A stretch of DNA of 64,000 nucleotides, from NCBI RefSeq assembly GCF_963921235.1, contig NC_086097.1, positions 43,898,001-43,962,000 of the forward strand, read 5' to 3'. Made by a program: the position numbers and the translations under genes. The notes beneath the pieces are model-generated. The model ran no database searches. It saw nothing but the letters and a program-made list of their open reading frames with translations, and had not been told where the DNA came from. Source of the DNA: Mobula hypostoma (taxonomy: Eukaryota). Below, in pieces: positions 62,028 through 64,000 of this stretch (position 1 is the first letter of the stretch; the number at the start of each line of letters is the position of its first letter).

Positions 62028-64000
62028 TTTATACTTTATACTTTATACTTCATTGTCGCCAAACAATTGATACTAGAACGTACAATCATCACAGCAATAT
62101 TTGATTCTGCACTTTACACTCTCCGGATTACAAATATTAAAAATAGTTAAAATTAGTAAATATTAAAAATTTAAATTATAAATCATAAATAGAAAATAGA
62201 AAAATGGGAAGTAAGGTAGTGCAAAAAAGCCGAGAGGCAGGTCCGGATATTTGGAGGGTATGGCCCAGATCCGGGTCAGGATCCGTTCAGCAGTCCTATC
62301 ACAGCTGGAAAGAAGCTGTTCCCAAATCTGGCCGTATGAGTCTTCAAGCTCCTGAACCTTCTCCCGGAGGGAAGAGGGACGAAAAGTCTGTTGGCTGGGT
62401 GGGTCGTGTCCTTGATTATCCTGGCAGCACTGTTCTGACAGCGTGCGGTGTAAAGTGAGTCCACGGACGGAAGATTGGTTTGTGTGATGTGCTGTGCCGT
62501 GTTCATGATCTTCTGTAGCTTCTTTCGGTCTTGGACAGGACAACCTCCATACCAGGTTGCGATGCACCCTAGAAGAATGCTTTCTACGGTGCATTTATAA
62601 AAATTAGTGAGGGTTTTAGGGGACAGGCCAAATTTGTTTAGTTTTCTCAGGAAGTAAAGGCGCTGGTGGGCCTTCTTGGCAGTGAACTCTGCTTGGTTGG
62701 ACCAAGTCAGGTCATTTGTGATATTGACCCTGAGGAACTTAAAGCTTTTGACCTGTTCCACTTGCATCCCACCGACGTAAATTGGGTCGTGTGGTCCGCT
62801 ACTCCTTCTGAAATCAACAACCAATTCCTTCGTCTTGCTGACGTTGAGGGATAGGTTATTGTCTTCGCACCATGCCACCAGGTTCTTAATTTCCTCTCTG
62901 TACTCAAACTCATCATTACCCGAGATACCGCCTACAATTGTTGTGTCATCAGCAAACTTATATATTGAGTTTGATGGAAACTTGGCTACACAATCATGGG
63001 TATACAGTGACCATAGCAGGGGGCTGAGTACACAGCCTTGTGGGGCACCGGTGCTCAGAGTGATTGTAGAGGAGAGCTTGTCCCCTATTTTTACAGCCTG
63101 GGTCCTGTCTGTGAGGAAGTTGAAGATCCAGCTGCAGATCTGAGTGCTAAGGCCCAGGTTCCGGAGCTTAGGAATCAGTTTATTTGGAATGATGGTATTA
63201 AAGGCAGAGCTGTAGTCAATGAAAAGGAGTCTTACATATGCGTCTTTATTCTCCAGGTGTTCTAGGGAGGAATATAGGGCCAGAGAGATGGCATCTGTTG
63301 TTGACCTGTTGCTCCGGTAGGCGAATTGCAAAGCGTCGAGGTTGACCGGTAGGCTGTGGTTGATGTGTGCCATAACCAATCTCTCGAAGCACTTCATAGC
63401 AATTGATGTCAGAGCCACAGGTCGATAATCATTCAGGCATGCCACCTTGCTCTTCTTCGGCACTGGGATTATCGTTGCCTTCTTAAAACACGAGGGGATC
63501 TTAGACTGAAGCAAGGAGCAGTTGAAGATGTCAGCAAACACTGCAGCTAGCTTGCTTGCACAGGCCCGGAGAACCCCTCCCGGGACGCCATCTGGGCCCA
63601 TCGCCTTCCTTGGATTTATCTTCAGGAAGGCCCTTCTAACGACCTTCTCGGTGACGATGAATCTCGATGCCACCAGGTCCGGTTCATCCAGAGGGAGCGG
63701 GACGCTCCTCTTCTATTCAAATCTTGCGTAGAATACGTTAAGTTCGTCAGGAAGAGAAGCGCCACAGTTATTGATATTCCCAGCCTTTTCCTTGTGCCCA
63801 GTGATCTCATTTAGACCCTGCCACAGTCTACTGGCATCCCTTTGGTTAGCCCGGGCTTCCAACTTGGCTCGATATTGCTTCTTGGCGCCCTTAATGCTTT
63901 CCGGAGTTCACGCCTGGATTCCGTGTAGCGACTGGTATCCCCGAACCTAAAAGCCGCAGCTCTAGCCTTTAAAAGGGACTTGACCTCATAATTCATCTAA
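62028..64000 (-). mobile_element. Young Rex1/Babar LINE, extending beyond the window
   Basis: Tail (AAGTATA)n at about 62028-62050, long RT ORF, and frameshifted upstream ORFs at 63622-63810 and 63811-63996. Confidence 0.95.
62276..63673 (-). CDS. Rex1 reverse transcriptase and C-terminal domain (465-aa open frame, part of a frameshifted ORF)
   Basis: [37 protein letters not shown] and QRLYFLRKL. Confidence 0.85.
   Translation of the reverse strand: MASRFIVTEKVVRRAFLKINPRKAMGPDGVPGGVLRACASKLAAVFADIFNCSLLQSKIPSCFKKATIIPVPKKSKVACLNDYRPVALTSIAMKCFERLVMAHINHSLPVNLDALQFAYRSNRSTTDAISLALYSSLEHLENKDAYVRLLFIDYSSAFNTIIPNKLIPKLRNLGLSTQICSWIFNFLTDRTQAVKIGDKLSSTITLSTGAPQGCVLSPLLWSLYTHDCVAKFPSNSIYKFADDTTIVGGISGNDEFEYREEIKNLVAWCEDNNLSLNVSKTKELVVDFRRSSGPHDPIYVGGMQVEQVKSFKFLRVNITNDLTWSNQAEFTAKKAHQRLYFLRKLNKFGLSPKTLTNFYKCTVESILLGCIATWYGGCPVQDRKKLQKIMNTAQHITQTNLPSVDSLYTARCQNSAARIIKDTTHPANRLFVPLPSGRRFRSLKTHTARFGNSFFPAVIGLLNGS

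Noticed and set aside
1..64000. Prokaryotic or viral system (operon, retron, DGR, prophage)
   Set aside because: All RTs are eukaryotic CR1, Rex1 or PLE types in a low-coding-density repeat landscape, with no operon structure.

Overview
Repeat-rich eukaryotic DNA, most consistent with a cartilaginous fish (ray or shark). That assignment is inferred from the mix of CR1, Rex1/Babar, Penelope-like (PLE), Tx1, V-SINE and Gypsy elements. No recognisable host protein-coding gene, rRNA, true tRNA or CRISPR array was found; almost every ORF is a retroelement fragment or its antisense shadow. Main contents: (1) a PLE (RT + GIY-YIG) and many short PLE terminal pieces carrying minimal hammerhead ribozymes, several arranged as fold-back hairpins; (2) a roughly 11-kb nest in which an old CR1 holds a SINE and an RT-less Gypsy element, which in turn holds three CR1 copies; (3) a Gmr1-like Gypsy fragment cut by a young Rex1 LINE; (4) two solo LTRs, MITEs and SINEs. 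The most striking signal is on the minus strand at 10346-10464, in the 3' part of an internally deleted HERO-like retrotransposon. All hammerhead core elements are present (GUC, GAAA, CUGAUGA, perfect stems I and III), but in a strand order that fits no circular permutation and is held by several extra helices. It is a candidate pseudoknotted, non-circularly permuted hammerhead ribozyme. Boundaries of degenerate repeats are approximate and were read by eye.
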